In this document: positions 30,675 through 40,865 of the stretch, one piece after another
How the letters are laid out: every line of letters begins with the position of its first letter
Numbering within the stretch: position 1 is the first letter of the stretch
The notes under the pieces: generated by a model
Database searches by the model: none
Told to the model about the DNA's origin: nothing
What the model saw: the letters and a program-made list of their open reading frames with translations, nothing else
Program-made: the position numbers and the translations under genes
DNA from: Candidatus Latescibacterota bacterium
Lineage (GTDB): Bacteria; Latescibacterota; UBA2968
Direction of reading: 5' to 3'
Length of the DNA stretch: 64,000 nt
Assembly (NCBI GenBank): GCA_965204745.1
Contig: OZ242010.1
Coordinates: forward strand, 3,360,001-3,424,000

Positions 30675-32033
30675 TCATGTGGTTTTTGGCGATGGAGACA
30701 GGGGCAATGCGATGGCAAATGTCGTGCCCTTGCCGGGCGCGTTTTCCCGGATCTGGATTTTCCCATTGTGGTATTCTTCGACAATGCGCTTCACAAATGA
30801 CAGCCCAAGCCCCCACCCGCGCTTTTTCGTGCTGACTCCGGGCAAAAAAATCTGATTGACCAAGTGCGGCGGGATACCCTTGCCCGTGTCGCGCACGTCG
30901 ATCACCACCCGATGGGCTTTGGCATCCACGCGAGACCACACATCCACGCGCCCGCCCTGCCCATCCATGGCATCAGCGGCATTTTTGAAGAGATTTTCAA
31001 ACGCCCATCCCAACAGTTCCCGGTTGAGCGGAATGGCCGGCAAATCGTCCAACGCCGCCGCAATTTGCACATTGTCGGGCAAGCGCGCCCGCAAATACTC
31101 CGCAGTCTCATCCACCACCTCGCGCACATTGCCCAACCGCAATTCCGGCGTCGAACCGATCAGGCTAAATCGGGACGCAATTTTGTTCAACCGACTCGTG
31201 TCCCGCTCCATTTCGCCCAAAATGTTTTTCAATCTCTCTCCACTCGCCACATCGCCCAGCGCGTCCGCCTCGTCCTTCAACACGGCCAACCAGCCATACA
31301 GCGACGACAAGGGCGTGCCCAACTGATGGGCCGTCTCGCGCGCCATGCCCACCCAAATCGACCGCTGCTCTCGGTTTTTCATGTACCGAAATCCCAAGTA
31401 CCCGCCACCGGTGAAAACGAGCGTCACCCCCAACGCCACAAAGGGCAGCCAGTTCAACCGCCTCTCCAGCGCGGACGCGCCCCAGTGCAACTGCCAAATC
31501 ACCGGCCTCCCCCTCACCGGTTCGCCATCCGGCCCCGTCTCCGCGCCAGGAAACTCAAAGCGCAACGGCTCATTTTCCAAATCGAGCGCGTGCGCGATAT
31601 CCATCACCTTGCCCAGGGTTTCCGGCGAGTGGTCGTCAAACGGAATGCCTATCGCCTTCCAGTATTTCGGCACGCCCTGTTCATTGGTAATCACCGCCGG
31701 GAAATTGGGATTTTCAATGGTATCAAAAATGACCTCCACGTAAAATCCCTCTTTGAGCTCAATTTTGTCCAACGTCGTCACGCTGTGCATAAAAGCGTAA
31801 ATCGAACCCATGCGCTTGGCTTCCCGCCGCATGGGTTGCACCACGTAAAGCTGCGTGTACACGAGAAATGCCGTGACGAGAATGACCCCCACCAAAAAAA
31901 AATACGCCATCAAAAACCGCTGGCTCGACAAGCGCGAATACCACGTCTTGAGCGCGTCTCCAATCCCACTTTCACTTTTTTTAGAACGCATTGCTTCTCC
32001 ATTCGCCTTGCTTCGCGTCCTTATATCTTTCAC
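30675..32033 (-). CDS. Membrane sensor histidine kinase
   Basis: Two TM segments; MARETAHQLGTPLS H-box; ENLFKNA, DTGKGI, GWGLGLS. Confidence 0.9.
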   Translation of the reverse strand: MKDIRTRSKANGEAMRSKKSESGIGDALKTWYSRLSSQRFLMAYFFLVGVILVTAFLVYTQLYVVQPMRREAKRMGSIYAFMHSVTTLDKIELKEGFYVEVIFDTIENPNFPAVITNEQGVPKYWKAIGIPFDDHSPETLGKVMDIAHALDLENEPLRFEFPGAETGPDGEPVRGRPVIWQLHWGASALERRLNWLPFVALGVTLVFTGGGYLGFRYMKNREQRSIWVGMARETAHQLGTPLSSLYGWLAVLKDEADALGDVASGERLKNILGEMERDTSRLNKIASRFSLIGSTPELRLGNVREVVDETAEYLRARLPDNVQIAAALDDLPAIPLNRELLGWAFENLFKNAADAMDGQGGRVDVWSRVDAKAHRVVIDVRDTGKGIPPHLVNQIFLPGVSTKKRGWGLGLSFVKRIVEEYHNGKIQIRENAPGKGTTFAIALPLSPSPKTT

Positions 32034-32257
32034 GGGGCATCGCCCCTACACACTGCTCACCTTTGAACTGGCTGTCGCCAGTTGTACCCCGCTCGTGCCT
32101 TTGAACTGGCTGTCGCCAGTTGTACCCCGCTCGTGCCTTTGAACTGGCTGTCGCCAGTTGTACCCCGCTCGTGCCTTTTGTGCCTTTTGTGCCTTTTGTG
32201 GCTAAAATCCCCTCTCACCTCTCGCCTCTCACCTCTCACCTCTCGCCTCTCGCCTCT
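32032..32257. repeat. REP-like cluster: GTAG-type palindrome, 3 tandem 38-bp hairpin units, 9-mers and heptamers
   Basis: ctttgaactggctgtcgccagttgtaccccgctcgtgc at 32061, 32099, 32137; ggggcatcgcccctac at ~32034. Confidence 0.9.
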
Positions 32258-32892
32258 ATCCGCTCGATCTCATCTCGGATCATCCCCGCGTCTTCGTACC
32301 GTTCTTCCTCGACGGCCTTATTCAACTCGTCTTTCAAAACCTCGAGCAACTCATTGGGATCGATATCCCGCCCTTGCGAATCCACGCCTTGGATGGGGCG
32401 CTCTATTGCTTGCGCGATATCCGAAACGTCCTCTGCCTTCACGAGACCGACGGCCGGGGGTTGCAACCGCCGGAGTTCGTACCCCTGTTCCGTGCGGTGA
32501 ATCTTGAACCCCACCTGCTGAATAATTTTGGCATCCATATAAATCGGCGCGCCGAACTTGAGTGCGAGCGCAATGCTGTCGCTAGGACGGGCGTCGAACC
32601 GCGCCTGCTTCTCTCCAACAGAGAGGACGAGTTCGGCATAAAACACCTGATTCTTCAAATCCACAATCTGCACCGCCTCGATCTCGGCATCGAAATACAG
32701 CAACACCGCTTGCAACAAGTCGTGCGTCAGCGGGCGTTGCATGGTCTCGCCGGCCAGTTCTGCACAAATGGACAAATACTCGGTCTGTCCAATTTCAATG
32801 GGCACCATCACCCTGCCCTCAACACTCCGCAGCCACAGCACGCCTTGCTTCGACTGATCCCGCTGCAAATCCTCAACGCGCATTTCTATCAT
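32236..32892 (-). CDS. Bifunctional nuclease (DUF151) with C-terminal UVR (UvrB/C) motif
   Basis: PIEIG, RPLTHDLL, FYAEL, DARPSDSIALAL; AVEEERYEDAGMIRDEI. Confidence 0.9.
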   Translation of the reverse strand: MIEMRVEDLQRDQSKQGVLWLRSVEGRVMVPIEIGQTEYLSICAELAGETMQRPLTHDLLQAVLLYFDAEIEAVQIVDLKNQVFYAELVLSVGEKQARFDARPSDSIALALKFGAPIYMDAKIIQQVGFKIHRTEQGYELRRLQPPAVGLVKAEDVSDIAQAIERPIQGVDSQGRDIDPNELLEVLKDELNKAVEEERYEDAGMIRDEIERIEARGER

Positions 32893-33056
32893 GACACGCT
32901 CCATTGCAATAGCACACAACCAACACATGGACTTGGGAAGAATAGGGAAAAATCCATGGATTGCAAACGAAATTTCCACGCTGCATTCGGGCGTTGACAG
33001 CAATGCGAAAAACCCGCATACATGTAGCGACCAACCGCTCTGATCCGGAGGCCGAT

Positions 33057-33878
33057 ATGCAACGCTCACTTTCCGTCCGCGTCGCCGAAAGTTTTCGCGA
33101 CAAACGCAACCTGACTATCGCCCTGCCCAAACTCGCGGCCATCGCCCAAAACGCGGGGTACAAAGCCCTGTGCATGCGCGCATCGGCCGCGGGCGCGCAC
33201 AGCCCGAAAGAACACATCCGCGACGTGCGACACCTGCTACAAAAACACGCCCTCGTCGTCTCGATGGCAACGGGCGATTTTGCCATCCCCGAAAACGGCC
33301 CCAATGGTCCAGACAGCTTACGCAATATTACCCCCCACCTCGACTTGGCCGATGCCCTCTCCTGCGATCTCTTGCGCGTCTGCCTCAAAACCGATGCGGA
33401 CATCGCGCCCGCCCAGCGCGCCGCCGATGAAGCCGCAGAGCGCGGGATTCGCTTGGCGCATCAATCGCACACGCAAAGCCTCTTTGAAACCGTCGCCGGA
33501 TCGCTCGATGTCTTGCAAAAAATCGACCGCCCCAATTTTGGCCTCATCTACGAACCGGCCAATTTGGCCCTGTGCGGCGAGGACTACGGCGAGGAAACCC
33601 TCAAACGCTTCGCGCCCCATCTCTTCAATGTCTATTTGCAAAATCACGTTCCCGATCCCAATGGCGACATGCCCATGACCACATGGGTGCGCGGCACAGT
33701 GCCATCCACCTTGCGCCCCCTCGACGAGCCGGGCGGGATCGATTTTCAGCGCGTCTTCGACGGCTTGCACGCCATCAATTACGCGGGCTACGTCACCTTG
33801 CACCACGCCTTTGCCGGCGACCTCCCGCCCGACCAGGCCGCCATCCGCTCCGCGAATTTTTTGGACTCTTTTTGTTAG
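33057..33878 (+). CDS. Sugar phosphate isomerase/epimerase (AP_endonuc_2 TIM barrel)
   Basis: GIRLAHQSH, NFGLIYEPANL, GGIDFQRVFDGLHAINYAGYVT; RBS ggagg. Confidence 0.85.
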   Translation: MQRSLSVRVAESFRDKRNLTIALPKLAAIAQNAGYKALCMRASAAGAHSPKEHIRDVRHLLQKHALVVSMATGDFAIPENGPNGPDSLRNITPHLDLADALSCDLLRVCLKTDADIAPAQRAADEAAERGIRLAHQSHTQSLFETVAGSLDVLQKIDRPNFGLIYEPANLALCGEDYGEETLKRFAPHLFNVYLQNHVPDPNGDMPMTTWVRGTVPSTLRPLDEPGGIDFQRVFDGLHAINYAGYVTLHHAFAGDLPPDQAAIRSANFLDSFC

Positions 33879-33886
33879 GAAAGATC

Positions 33887-35851
33887 TCATTGCGGGGAGG
33901 TGTCCCATTGATCTCCAGCTCTCTTCTTCACAAAGATCTGCTCGTGAAACACCGGCCGGCTCCAGCCCAGAAAGGCATTGTCGGCCACGTTTTCGTAGGG
34001 CACATTGCCCAAGCGCGTATTCGCCCCCCAAACGTGATACGCAGAGCCAATCGCAATAATCGGAACGTTCTCCGTGTGCAGATCGCGCACCCGAGTCATA
34101 TACACGCGGAGTTTCGCCGTATCCACCGTCGTCATCGCCAAGCGCGCGTACCGCGTGGCCTCGTACAACCAATCCGGGCCTTCGTCCCAGGCGTTTTGGT
34201 GCCAATAGGGCACGTTCTTCGCCAGCACGGCCCAGCCGATGGCATACGCCAAGGGATCGTTCGGCCCCTCCAGCCCCCAATAGTGGACATCGTATTCGCA
34301 GTTGTATCGGCGCGGCACAATAATATCGCGCAATGCCCCGTTGAGATTCACCTTAATCCCCACCTCGCGCCAGTGATCCGCGACCAATTCCGAAACCGGG
34401 TGCCCGTTGAACATGCCGCCGGGATGGACAAAATCAATCGTGAGTTCAAACCGAGACCCATCCCGAAGTTCGCGGATGCCGTCCCCATCCGCATCCACAT
34501 AGCCCTCGCGGTCGAGCAGGCGTCTGGCCTCGTCCGGGTCGTACTTTGCGTACTTCGCGTACGCCGTAGCAGAAAAGTACGGGCTAATCGGCCCAAAAGA
34601 ATAGCCCGATGGTTCGAGCAACCCGTGAAAAACGATCTCGTTAATCTCCGCCCGGTTCACCGCGTGCGACAGCGCGATGCGGACATTCTTATTCCGAAAC
34701 GCCTCCCGCAAGGCCGGCTTGGGCGCGTCCCAGTTGAGATGGTACGCCGGCCCCCTGTTAGGCCCGGTGATGCGGAGTGCGAATTTCCCCTTCTCCTCCT
34801 CGGCTTTGAGCGTGGGGAACATGTCGATGCGCGTATAACGCCCGATCAAATCGAGTTCGCCATTGATGAATTTGAGGAGAATCACCTGCTGATCCTGAAT
34901 CACATCGAAGACGATGCGATCCGCATAAGGCAGTTGATTGCCCGCGGTATCGACCTTCCAATAATACGGATTGCGTTCATAGACAATGCGTTGCCCGCGA
35001 ATCCACTCCACTGGAACCCACGCGGAGACGCGGGGCATGCCGGGCCTCATCAGCAACTGCGCGCTAGTCGTAGCCGTGCGAAAATCCCGATAAGTGGCTT
35101 TGGGATTGTATCGCGGATGCATGGGCAACAGAACGTGCCGGGGCGCGGCGACCAACTCGCGGCAGAGTTCCCGAAGCACGCGCCCCATGGGCTTGGGCGA
35201 CGAGATTTCAAGCGTGTGCGAATCGATTTTTCTGAACCGCAGGGGCTTGCCATCCACCATCCACCCCGCGGGCGGAAAGGGATTTTGGCGAGCGTCGTCG
35301 TCAAACGTCATGTCGTAATACCAAAACAGAATATCGTCAACCGTGAACGGATGCCCGTCCGACCACTTGACGCCCTTGCGAATTTTGAACACCGCGACCC
35401 TGCCACTGTCCGAGTACGCAAACGCCTCGGCCAAACTCAGTTGAATACTTCCCGGAAAAGGGCGTTCAAAGCCCATCAGATTTTCGTTGAGGGTCTTGCT
35501 GGGGCCAGGGGTTTGCACGATATCCCCGGTAAGCGCGCGCCGCAACATCCCGCCATACGTCCCGATTTCTTCAACCGGCACGATGACCAAGGGATTCTCC
35601 GGCAGGCGTTCAGCCACGGGCGGAAGTTCGCCCCGGCCGACTCGTTCCGCCACCATCGGCGCTTCCCGAAACGCGCGGTTCTGGAGAATGGCGGGATCGA
35701 TCTCGAGCGGCGCGCGCGTCACAGCCACTTCCCGCTTCTTCTGAACCCGAGACGGCGCCCCCACCTCCCGCCCATCATCCGGCGCGAGACACCCTGCCCA
35801 CACGAGAACAGCACATCGACAAAGCCAGCGCAAATGACGTTCTATATCCAT
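33887..35851 (-). CDS. ABC transporter substrate-binding lipoprotein, family 5
   Basis: Lipobox WAGC; LPPVAERLPENP, IRKGVKWSDGHPFTVDD, ERNPYYWKVD. Confidence 0.9.
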   Translation of the reverse strand: MDIERHLRWLCRCAVLVWAGCLAPDDGREVGAPSRVQKKREVAVTRAPLEIDPAILQNRAFREAPMVAERVGRGELPPVAERLPENPLVIVPVEEIGTYGGMLRRALTGDIVQTPGPSKTLNENLMGFERPFPGSIQLSLAEAFAYSDSGRVAVFKIRKGVKWSDGHPFTVDDILFWYYDMTFDDDARQNPFPPAGWMVDGKPLRFRKIDSHTLEISSPKPMGRVLRELCRELVAAPRHVLLPMHPRYNPKATYRDFRTATTSAQLLMRPGMPRVSAWVPVEWIRGQRIVYERNPYYWKVDTAGNQLPYADRIVFDVIQDQQVILLKFINGELDLIGRYTRIDMFPTLKAEEEKGKFALRITGPNRGPAYHLNWDAPKPALREAFRNKNVRIALSHAVNRAEINEIVFHGLLEPSGYSFGPISPYFSATAYAKYAKYDPDEARRLLDREGYVDADGDGIRELRDGSRFELTIDFVHPGGMFNGHPVSELVADHWREVGIKVNLNGALRDIIVPRRYNCEYDVHYWGLEGPNDPLAYAIGWAVLAKNVPYWHQNAWDEGPDWLYEATRYARLAMTTVDTAKLRVYMTRVRDLHTENVPIIAIGSAYHVWGANTRLGNVPYENVADNAFLGWSRPVFHEQIFVKKRAGDQWDTSPQ

Positions 35852-35922
35852 ATCGAACCCCCAGTACCTAGACCTAATCCCTAATTCCGTTATAGGATCG
35901 CCCCTTAGAACTTGTCTTAAAA

Positions 35923-36325
35923 TGCGAATTAAGAGTAGAAAGCGAGTAGGAAGCAAGCCGAGACCAATCGCCCAAAGACATGGACGAGTCATCCATTACC
36001 GAATCGCCTTTTAGAACTCGTCCTAAAACAAACGATAGATGTTCTTCCCCTTCCTCGTAGGACCTATCCCCCCGGCCCCCTTTCCTACAAGGAAAGGGGG
36101 AGCGCATGGCTTTTTGAAGGTTTGTCTCCCTAGCTGTTCTGATGGCTTTGAGCGAATAGATCACGCTCTGGAAACCCAAACCCCTCGCACAACCTCTCGC
36201 CATTCCCCCCTTCCTCACAGGCACAGGCGTAGCCTACAACGAAGCGTAGCGAGTAACGGGGCCAGGGGGGTAGGTCCCAATAAATGGATTCAATGCTTAA
36301 TTCGCACTGACAACTGACAACTGAC
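35923..36325. repeat. Composite dispersed repeat bounded by tgcgaattaag/cttaattcgca inverted repeats
   Basis: Shares blocks with 17520-17752, 3815-4003 and 9896-10120. Confidence 0.7.
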
Positions 36326-36330
36326 CCAAA

Positions 36331-37236
36331 ATGCCCACGATCCAACCGACAAACAAGCCCATTATGACCCGTCGCACGTACAAAGCCGACGCCCTCCTGC
36401 TCCTCATCGCGGGAATATGGGGAACGACCTTTGTGGCTCAGCGCATGGGCATGGACCACATCGGGCCTTATGCTTTTAATGCGGCCAGGTTCTCATTGGG
36501 CGCGTTGTTGCTCCTCCCTCTCGCAGCTATGCGACCGCGCATCGCGCCGGTTTGCCACACCCTCAAAGCCGGCGCCTCGCTCGGCATCATCCTCTTTGGC
36601 GCGGCGTCCTTTCAACAGATGGGCATCGTCTATACCACCGCGGGCAAAGCCGGCTTCATCACCGGGCTATACGTGATCATCGTGCCCTTTCTCGGGTATT
36701 TCACCCGCTTACACATCGACCGCTACGTTTGGACGGGCGCGCTACTCGCCACAGCCGGGCTGTATTGCCTCAGCATTCGGGAAACCTTGGCCTTTGCGCC
36801 GGGGGATTTTCTCGTCTTTGTGGGCGCGTTTTTATGGGCCGCACACCTCTTGGTGATCGGCCGCGTCGCCGCAAAACACGACGTCTTCCACCTCGCGGCC
36901 ATCCAATTCGCTGTATGCGGGCTTTGCAGTTTGATCGCCGTGCCCTTTGTCGAAACCCTCGCCCTCGCCGATCTCCAACGCGCTGCATTTCCCATTGCGT
37001 ACACCGCCCTATTTCCGATAGCACTCGGTTTTACCCTGCAAATCTACGCCCAACGCCACGCGCCAGAAACCCACGCCGCCATCATCTTGAGCTTGGAATC
37101 CGTCTTCGCCGTACTCGCGGGTTGGCTCATCCTAAACGAATCCCTCACACCGCGCGAACGCATCGGCTGCGTCCTCATGTTCGCAGGCATGATCGTCGCA
37201 CAGCTTTTCTCCCACAAACAAAGGCCATCACCATGA
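36331..37236 (+). CDS. DMT/EamA family transporter
   Basis: IWGTTFVAQ, TTAGKAGFITGLY, AAIILSLESVFA; start may be 36364. Confidence 0.9.
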   Translation: MPTIQPTNKPIMTRRTYKADALLLLIAGIWGTTFVAQRMGMDHIGPYAFNAARFSLGALLLLPLAAMRPRIAPVCHTLKAGASLGIILFGAASFQQMGIVYTTAGKAGFITGLYVIIVPFLGYFTRLHIDRYVWTGALLATAGLYCLSIRETLAFAPGDFLVFVGAFLWAAHLLVIGRVAAKHDVFHLAAIQFAVCGLCSLIAVPFVETLALADLQRAAFPIAYTALFPIALGFTLQIYAQRHAPETHAAIILSLESVFAVLAGWLILNESLTPRERIGCVLMFAGMIVAQLFSHKQRPSP

Positions 37237-38174
37237 ACATCCTCACCCGCGGAGAACGCGCCCCCGACTTTGTCCTGCCCATCGCAGACGGCCCGCAAAC
37301 GCGCTTTTACGCCCGCGCAGGAGGTCGGCCAACCCTGCTGATCTTCACGCGAGAAAACCGGATGCCAAAAAACCTGCATCCCTCCGCCGAGATCGACCTC
37401 TTCCTCATCGGCCCATCCGCTATCGAAAAGGCCGCCGCAACCGTCTTCATCGACAAAGACAATGCCGTGGGCAAAGTCTATGGCCTCAGCCGGGAGTTCG
37501 CCGGATTCGCACTTGACCCCAACCTGCGCGTCCTGTCTGCGATCCAGCACCCCAATGCCATCGCTCAACTCTACCGCACGCTCGACGATCTGCCTGATCA
37601 TCAGCCCATCGACATCGACATCCACGCGCCCGTGCTCCTCATTCCCAAGGTCCTCACGCCCGAAATATGCCGCGTTCTCATCCACGTCTGGGCCACACGA
37701 GGCCATCGGGAAACCGGCGTTGAACGCTCCCAATCCGGGGCGCGGCGCGACATCCTCGACCCAGAAAACAAAAAGCGCCGAGACCATCAGGTCGCCGACG
37801 CCAACCTCTTGAAATTGCTGACCACCACAGTGGGCCGCCGCGTCATGCCCGAAATCCAGCGCGCCTTCCACTATCGCGCCACGCGCTTCGAGGGCTTCAA
37901 AATCGCCTGTTACGACTCGGATGCCGGCGGTTTTTTTCGCGCCCACCGCGACAACCTCAGCCCCGCAACTGCCCATCGCCGCTTTGCCCTCACCCTCAAT
38001 CTCAACGCCGATTACGAAGGCGGGTACCTCGTCTTTCCCGAATTTGGCCCCCATCGCTATCGCCCCGGCGCAGGCGATGCCATCGCGTTCTCCAGTTCCT
38101 TCCTCCACGAAGTCCAACCCGTCACCCGTGGCCGCCGCTTCACCCTGCTCTCATTCCTCGACGCCCCGCGCTAA
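37233..38174 (+). CDS. Redoxin-like N-domain + 2OG-Fe(II) oxygenase
   Basis: GERAPDFVLP; FFRAHRDN, YEGGYLVFPE, LHEVQPVTRGRR; ATGA overlap with the DMT gene. Confidence 0.85.
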   Translation: MNILTRGERAPDFVLPIADGPQTRFYARAGGRPTLLIFTRENRMPKNLHPSAEIDLFLIGPSAIEKAAATVFIDKDNAVGKVYGLSREFAGFALDPNLRVLSAIQHPNAIAQLYRTLDDLPDHQPIDIDIHAPVLLIPKVLTPEICRVLIHVWATRGHRETGVERSQSGARRDILDPENKKRRDHQVADANLLKLLTTTVGRRVMPEIQRAFHYRATRFEGFKIACYDSDAGGFFRAHRDNLSPATAHRRFALTLNLNADYEGGYLVFPEFGPHRYRPGAGDAIAFSSSFLHEVQPVTRGRRFTLLSFLDAPR

Positions 38175-38179
38175 CCCAT

Positions 38180-38809
38180 CTATGGATTCGGCAAGGGAAA
38201 TTTCTCGGTGATCAGCATTAAAGGGCGTCCCCCTGCGAGAATGCGATACGTGCGGCTCAACAGCAACTCCGCAGAGAAATGCCGACCGACCTCGGAATCC
38301 CGCTCAACCCGTTCAGCACCGTACCAAAGACGCTCGCGGTGCGTCTCCAGTCGGCTACGCGCCAACACACGTCCCAGACCAGCACCGGGCCTCGCCAAAT
38401 CCGCCTGTACCTCCTCGGGCAGACGTCGCGGCAACAGGGCCGAAATCGCAAAAATATAAACCTCGCCCGTGTGATTGCCCTTCAGCAACACCTGCCGGTC
38501 GATTACGGGTTCGCCCAAACCCGCTTCCAGCCAAGGATGATCCGCAGTCAACCGCCGCTCCCGTTGGTCCAGGCGAACAACATCCACCGGCTCGCCCATA
38601 CGCGCCTCCAGCACCTGCGTCACCGTGCCATCCGTGACCAGCAACACCCGCTGAAACGGGCTCAGCCCTTCCATCTGCACCGGCTCCAGTTCCTCTGGCC
38701 TCGCGTCTTGTGCCATGAACAAGCGGTTGATCAGGGCTTCGACACCCTCTTCGGAACGCTGGTTTTTCAAAATGCAATCCTCTCGTATCTTTGGACGAGC
38801 ACGGGGCAT
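38180..38809 (-). CDS. Chorismate pyruvate-lyase-like (DUF98/UbiC fold) protein
   Basis: LLVTDGTVTQVLEA, LSRTYRI, PLMLITEKFP; true start uncertain. Confidence 0.8.
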   Translation of the reverse strand: MPRARPKIREDCILKNQRSEEGVEALINRLFMAQDARPEELEPVQMEGLSPFQRVLLVTDGTVTQVLEARMGEPVDVVRLDQRERRLTADHPWLEAGLGEPVIDRQVLLKGNHTGEVYIFAISALLPRRLPEEVQADLARPGAGLGRVLARSRLETHRERLWYGAERVERDSEVGRHFSAELLLSRTYRILAGGRPLMLITEKFPLPNP

Positions 38810-38892
38810 CGCCTCTACACACTGCTCGCCTTTGAACGGCCTGTCGCCAGTTGTACCCCGCGCGTGGCTAAACTTCCATTGGTCTCATTACG

Positions 38893-39079
38893 GGCAACGC
38901 CAGTCAAGTACCCGTCAAGTAGAATAATCATTTTGTTTTCAACAAGTTATGAAAAAAATACAATCACACGCCGGTTGCCAGTCAAGTACCCGTCAAGTAA
39001 AATAAATGTAGTATCTTCAGTAAGTTAGGAGAAATATAGGCTCACCTCATAGATCGTCAGTCAAGTACCTGTCAAGTAG
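38893..39079. repeat. Three copies of the paired repeat CAGTCAAGTACCYGTCAAGTA at 78/79-bp spacing; left boundary repeat of the island core
   Basis: Copies at 38901, 38979, 39058; 38893-38988 recurs at 52979-53074. Confidence 0.9.
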
Positions 39080-39081
39080 AT

Positions 39082-40572
39082 CTACAATACCTTCAACTCT
39101 TCTGGAGAAGCCCAGAACGGTACGTATTTCATGTGCTTGGGCGATGCCTCGGGAACATTTGCAACGATGAAACCCGCCTCCACAGCGTCGCGAATGAGGC
39201 GCGAGGCCATCGACCGATTTTTTTCCTTAATCCCGAATCGCTCGCGAATTGATGTGTTTGTCAAGTAGTCTCGCTGAATATATTTCAGACAAGCGTGCAG
39301 ATAACACGCCCGCACTCGCTCTGCCTTGTCCATATCGGACAGCGTCTTACGGGAAAACAAGACAGTGCGCGTGAACCCTTCCGGATTTTCAAAAAGCGGG
39401 GCGGGCAACTGGTGAAGTTCAACTTCAAAAACGACCTTGTCGATCCCGCTTCCTCGTTCCTCGCAAATTCGAAACCGCCTTAATAGCGAAGCCAGTTTCT
39501 CGTTGCGGGATTTCGGCGGACTATCGAGGAAGCGTTGGGTATCCACCAGCGGCTCGCCTGGATTCGTAATCTCAATGCGGTCTTTGAATATCTCTACCAT
39601 CGGCCCGGCACCAGTTGCGAAAAAGTCCTGATGGATAAGCGCGTTCGCCACCAATTCACGCACGGCTAATTTGGGAAATTCTGGGATGGTCTGGCGCAAT
39701 GCCTGCTCAATGACCTCGTGCGTAGGCAACCGGGCGTTGATATAATCTATCAGCCCCTCAAAACCAGAAGCGTAACCCCTTACGCCTTCCCGCTCGCCCA
39801 ATGCCTCAAGACGATCATTGCCGCGATACTCGATGACACGCATGGCCTTGCGCTTTAGCCTCGGAAAATCACTGAGGTTTTTAGCAAACAAAATCGCTCC
39901 CAAATTCGTGATGTTGAATCCACCCGCCTCGCAGGGCGCGATCAACCCATCCCGCTGTAGCGCATCGAGGATGGCGGCGTGACCGTCGGGTAGCGGTACA
40001 TTGAGCAACTCGAAGTACTTCGGATAGTCAAATTTGAGCAGGATGTCCCCACCACTTAGCCGTTCGGCTGCGATGCCTTCTTCAAAGCTCACCCGGTCAA
40101 ACACGCGCCAGAGCGTCCGTTCCTTTTCGGGATAATCTTTGAGTTTTCTCGTCGTGCTACTTACCCGGATATATTCAACGCCCTCGAACGCGACTGGATG
40201 GTGCGACGCACGGTCAATCTCCAGAAGCACAACGCGCTGTCCATCAGCCACAATTTCGTGAAAACGGAAATCGATGCGAGGTTGCAACAGCCGTAGCAAC
40301 CAAGTCTCGAGCGGCTCGTTGCCCTTTTTCGCAGTGGTCGGCGAGAAGGCCGTACCGGCGACGACATGCGTTCCGTTTTCGATTCCCCAAAGCAGGTATG
40401 CATGGGTCTTGCCGTGCAAAGCCGCGGCGTTGGCCAGTGCGGAGATGTACTGCCCGATGGCATGCGGTTGACGGTGGTTGACTTTGAACTCAACCCAATC
40501 GGTCTCGTGCGGTAGGTTGCACAATTCGCGCACCAAACCGAGGAGGTAATCATGGTCTCGGTTGTTGATCAT
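39082..40572 (-). CDS. Schlafen/AlbA_2 + HATPase_c_4 + wHTH protein (R-M associated)
   Basis: ETDWVEFK, ISALAN, AVRELVANALIHQDF, SRNEKLA, CEERGSGIDK, KYVPFWA. Confidence 0.9.
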   Translation of the reverse strand: MINNRDHDYLLGLVRELCNLPHETDWVEFKVNHRQPHAIGQYISALANAAALHGKTHAYLLWGIENGTHVVAGTAFSPTTAKKGNEPLETWLLRLLQPRIDFRFHEIVADGQRVVLLEIDRASHHPVAFEGVEYIRVSSTTRKLKDYPEKERTLWRVFDRVSFEEGIAAERLSGGDILLKFDYPKYFELLNVPLPDGHAAILDALQRDGLIAPCEAGGFNITNLGAILFAKNLSDFPRLKRKAMRVIEYRGNDRLEALGEREGVRGYASGFEGLIDYINARLPTHEVIEQALRQTIPEFPKLAVRELVANALIHQDFFATGAGPMVEIFKDRIEITNPGEPLVDTQRFLDSPPKSRNEKLASLLRRFRICEERGSGIDKVVFEVELHQLPAPLFENPEGFTRTVLFSRKTLSDMDKAERVRACYLHACLKYIQRDYLTNTSIRERFGIKEKNRSMASRLIRDAVEAGFIVANVPEASPKHMKYVPFWASPEELKVL

Positions 40573-40589
40573 CTTTCAGCGCACTCCGT

Positions 40590-40865
40590 TTAAGCTTGGT
40601 CGCTTTCGTCAAAACTCGGCACCTCGGCAATCGCATCGTCAAGCGACCTGATCGCTTCCCGCACATCCACTTGCCCGGTGACCACATCGGCGATCAGGCG
40701 CGTGCGGTATTCGCTCAACAATTCGATCTCCCGCTGGGCGCCGTCCATGTCGTCGTCCAGATTCCCGACGTGCTTTTCAAGCCGCCGGTCTTCGGTTTCG
40801 ATAAACACAATGCCGCTTCCGTCGCTGTTTCGCACGGCGCGGATTTCATTGATTTCATCCTGCAT
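40590..40865 (-). pseudogene. Chimeric small ORF ending in the HsdS C-terminal conserved helix (hsdS 3' stub)
   Basis: AQREIELLSEYRTRLIADVVTGQVDVREA nearly identical to the ends of both hsdS genes; unrelated N-terminal ~40 aa. Confidence 0.75.

Noticed and set aside
32061-32174. Three palindromic 38-bp repeats as a CRISPR array
   Set aside because: Units are head-to-tail with no spacers, occur dispersed elsewhere, and no cas genes are present
38901-39079. Repeat-spacer array as a canonical CRISPR
   Set aside because: Repeats are 21 bp and internally direct, spacers ~57 bp with shared motifs, only three copies, no cas; kept as a non-CRISPR finding
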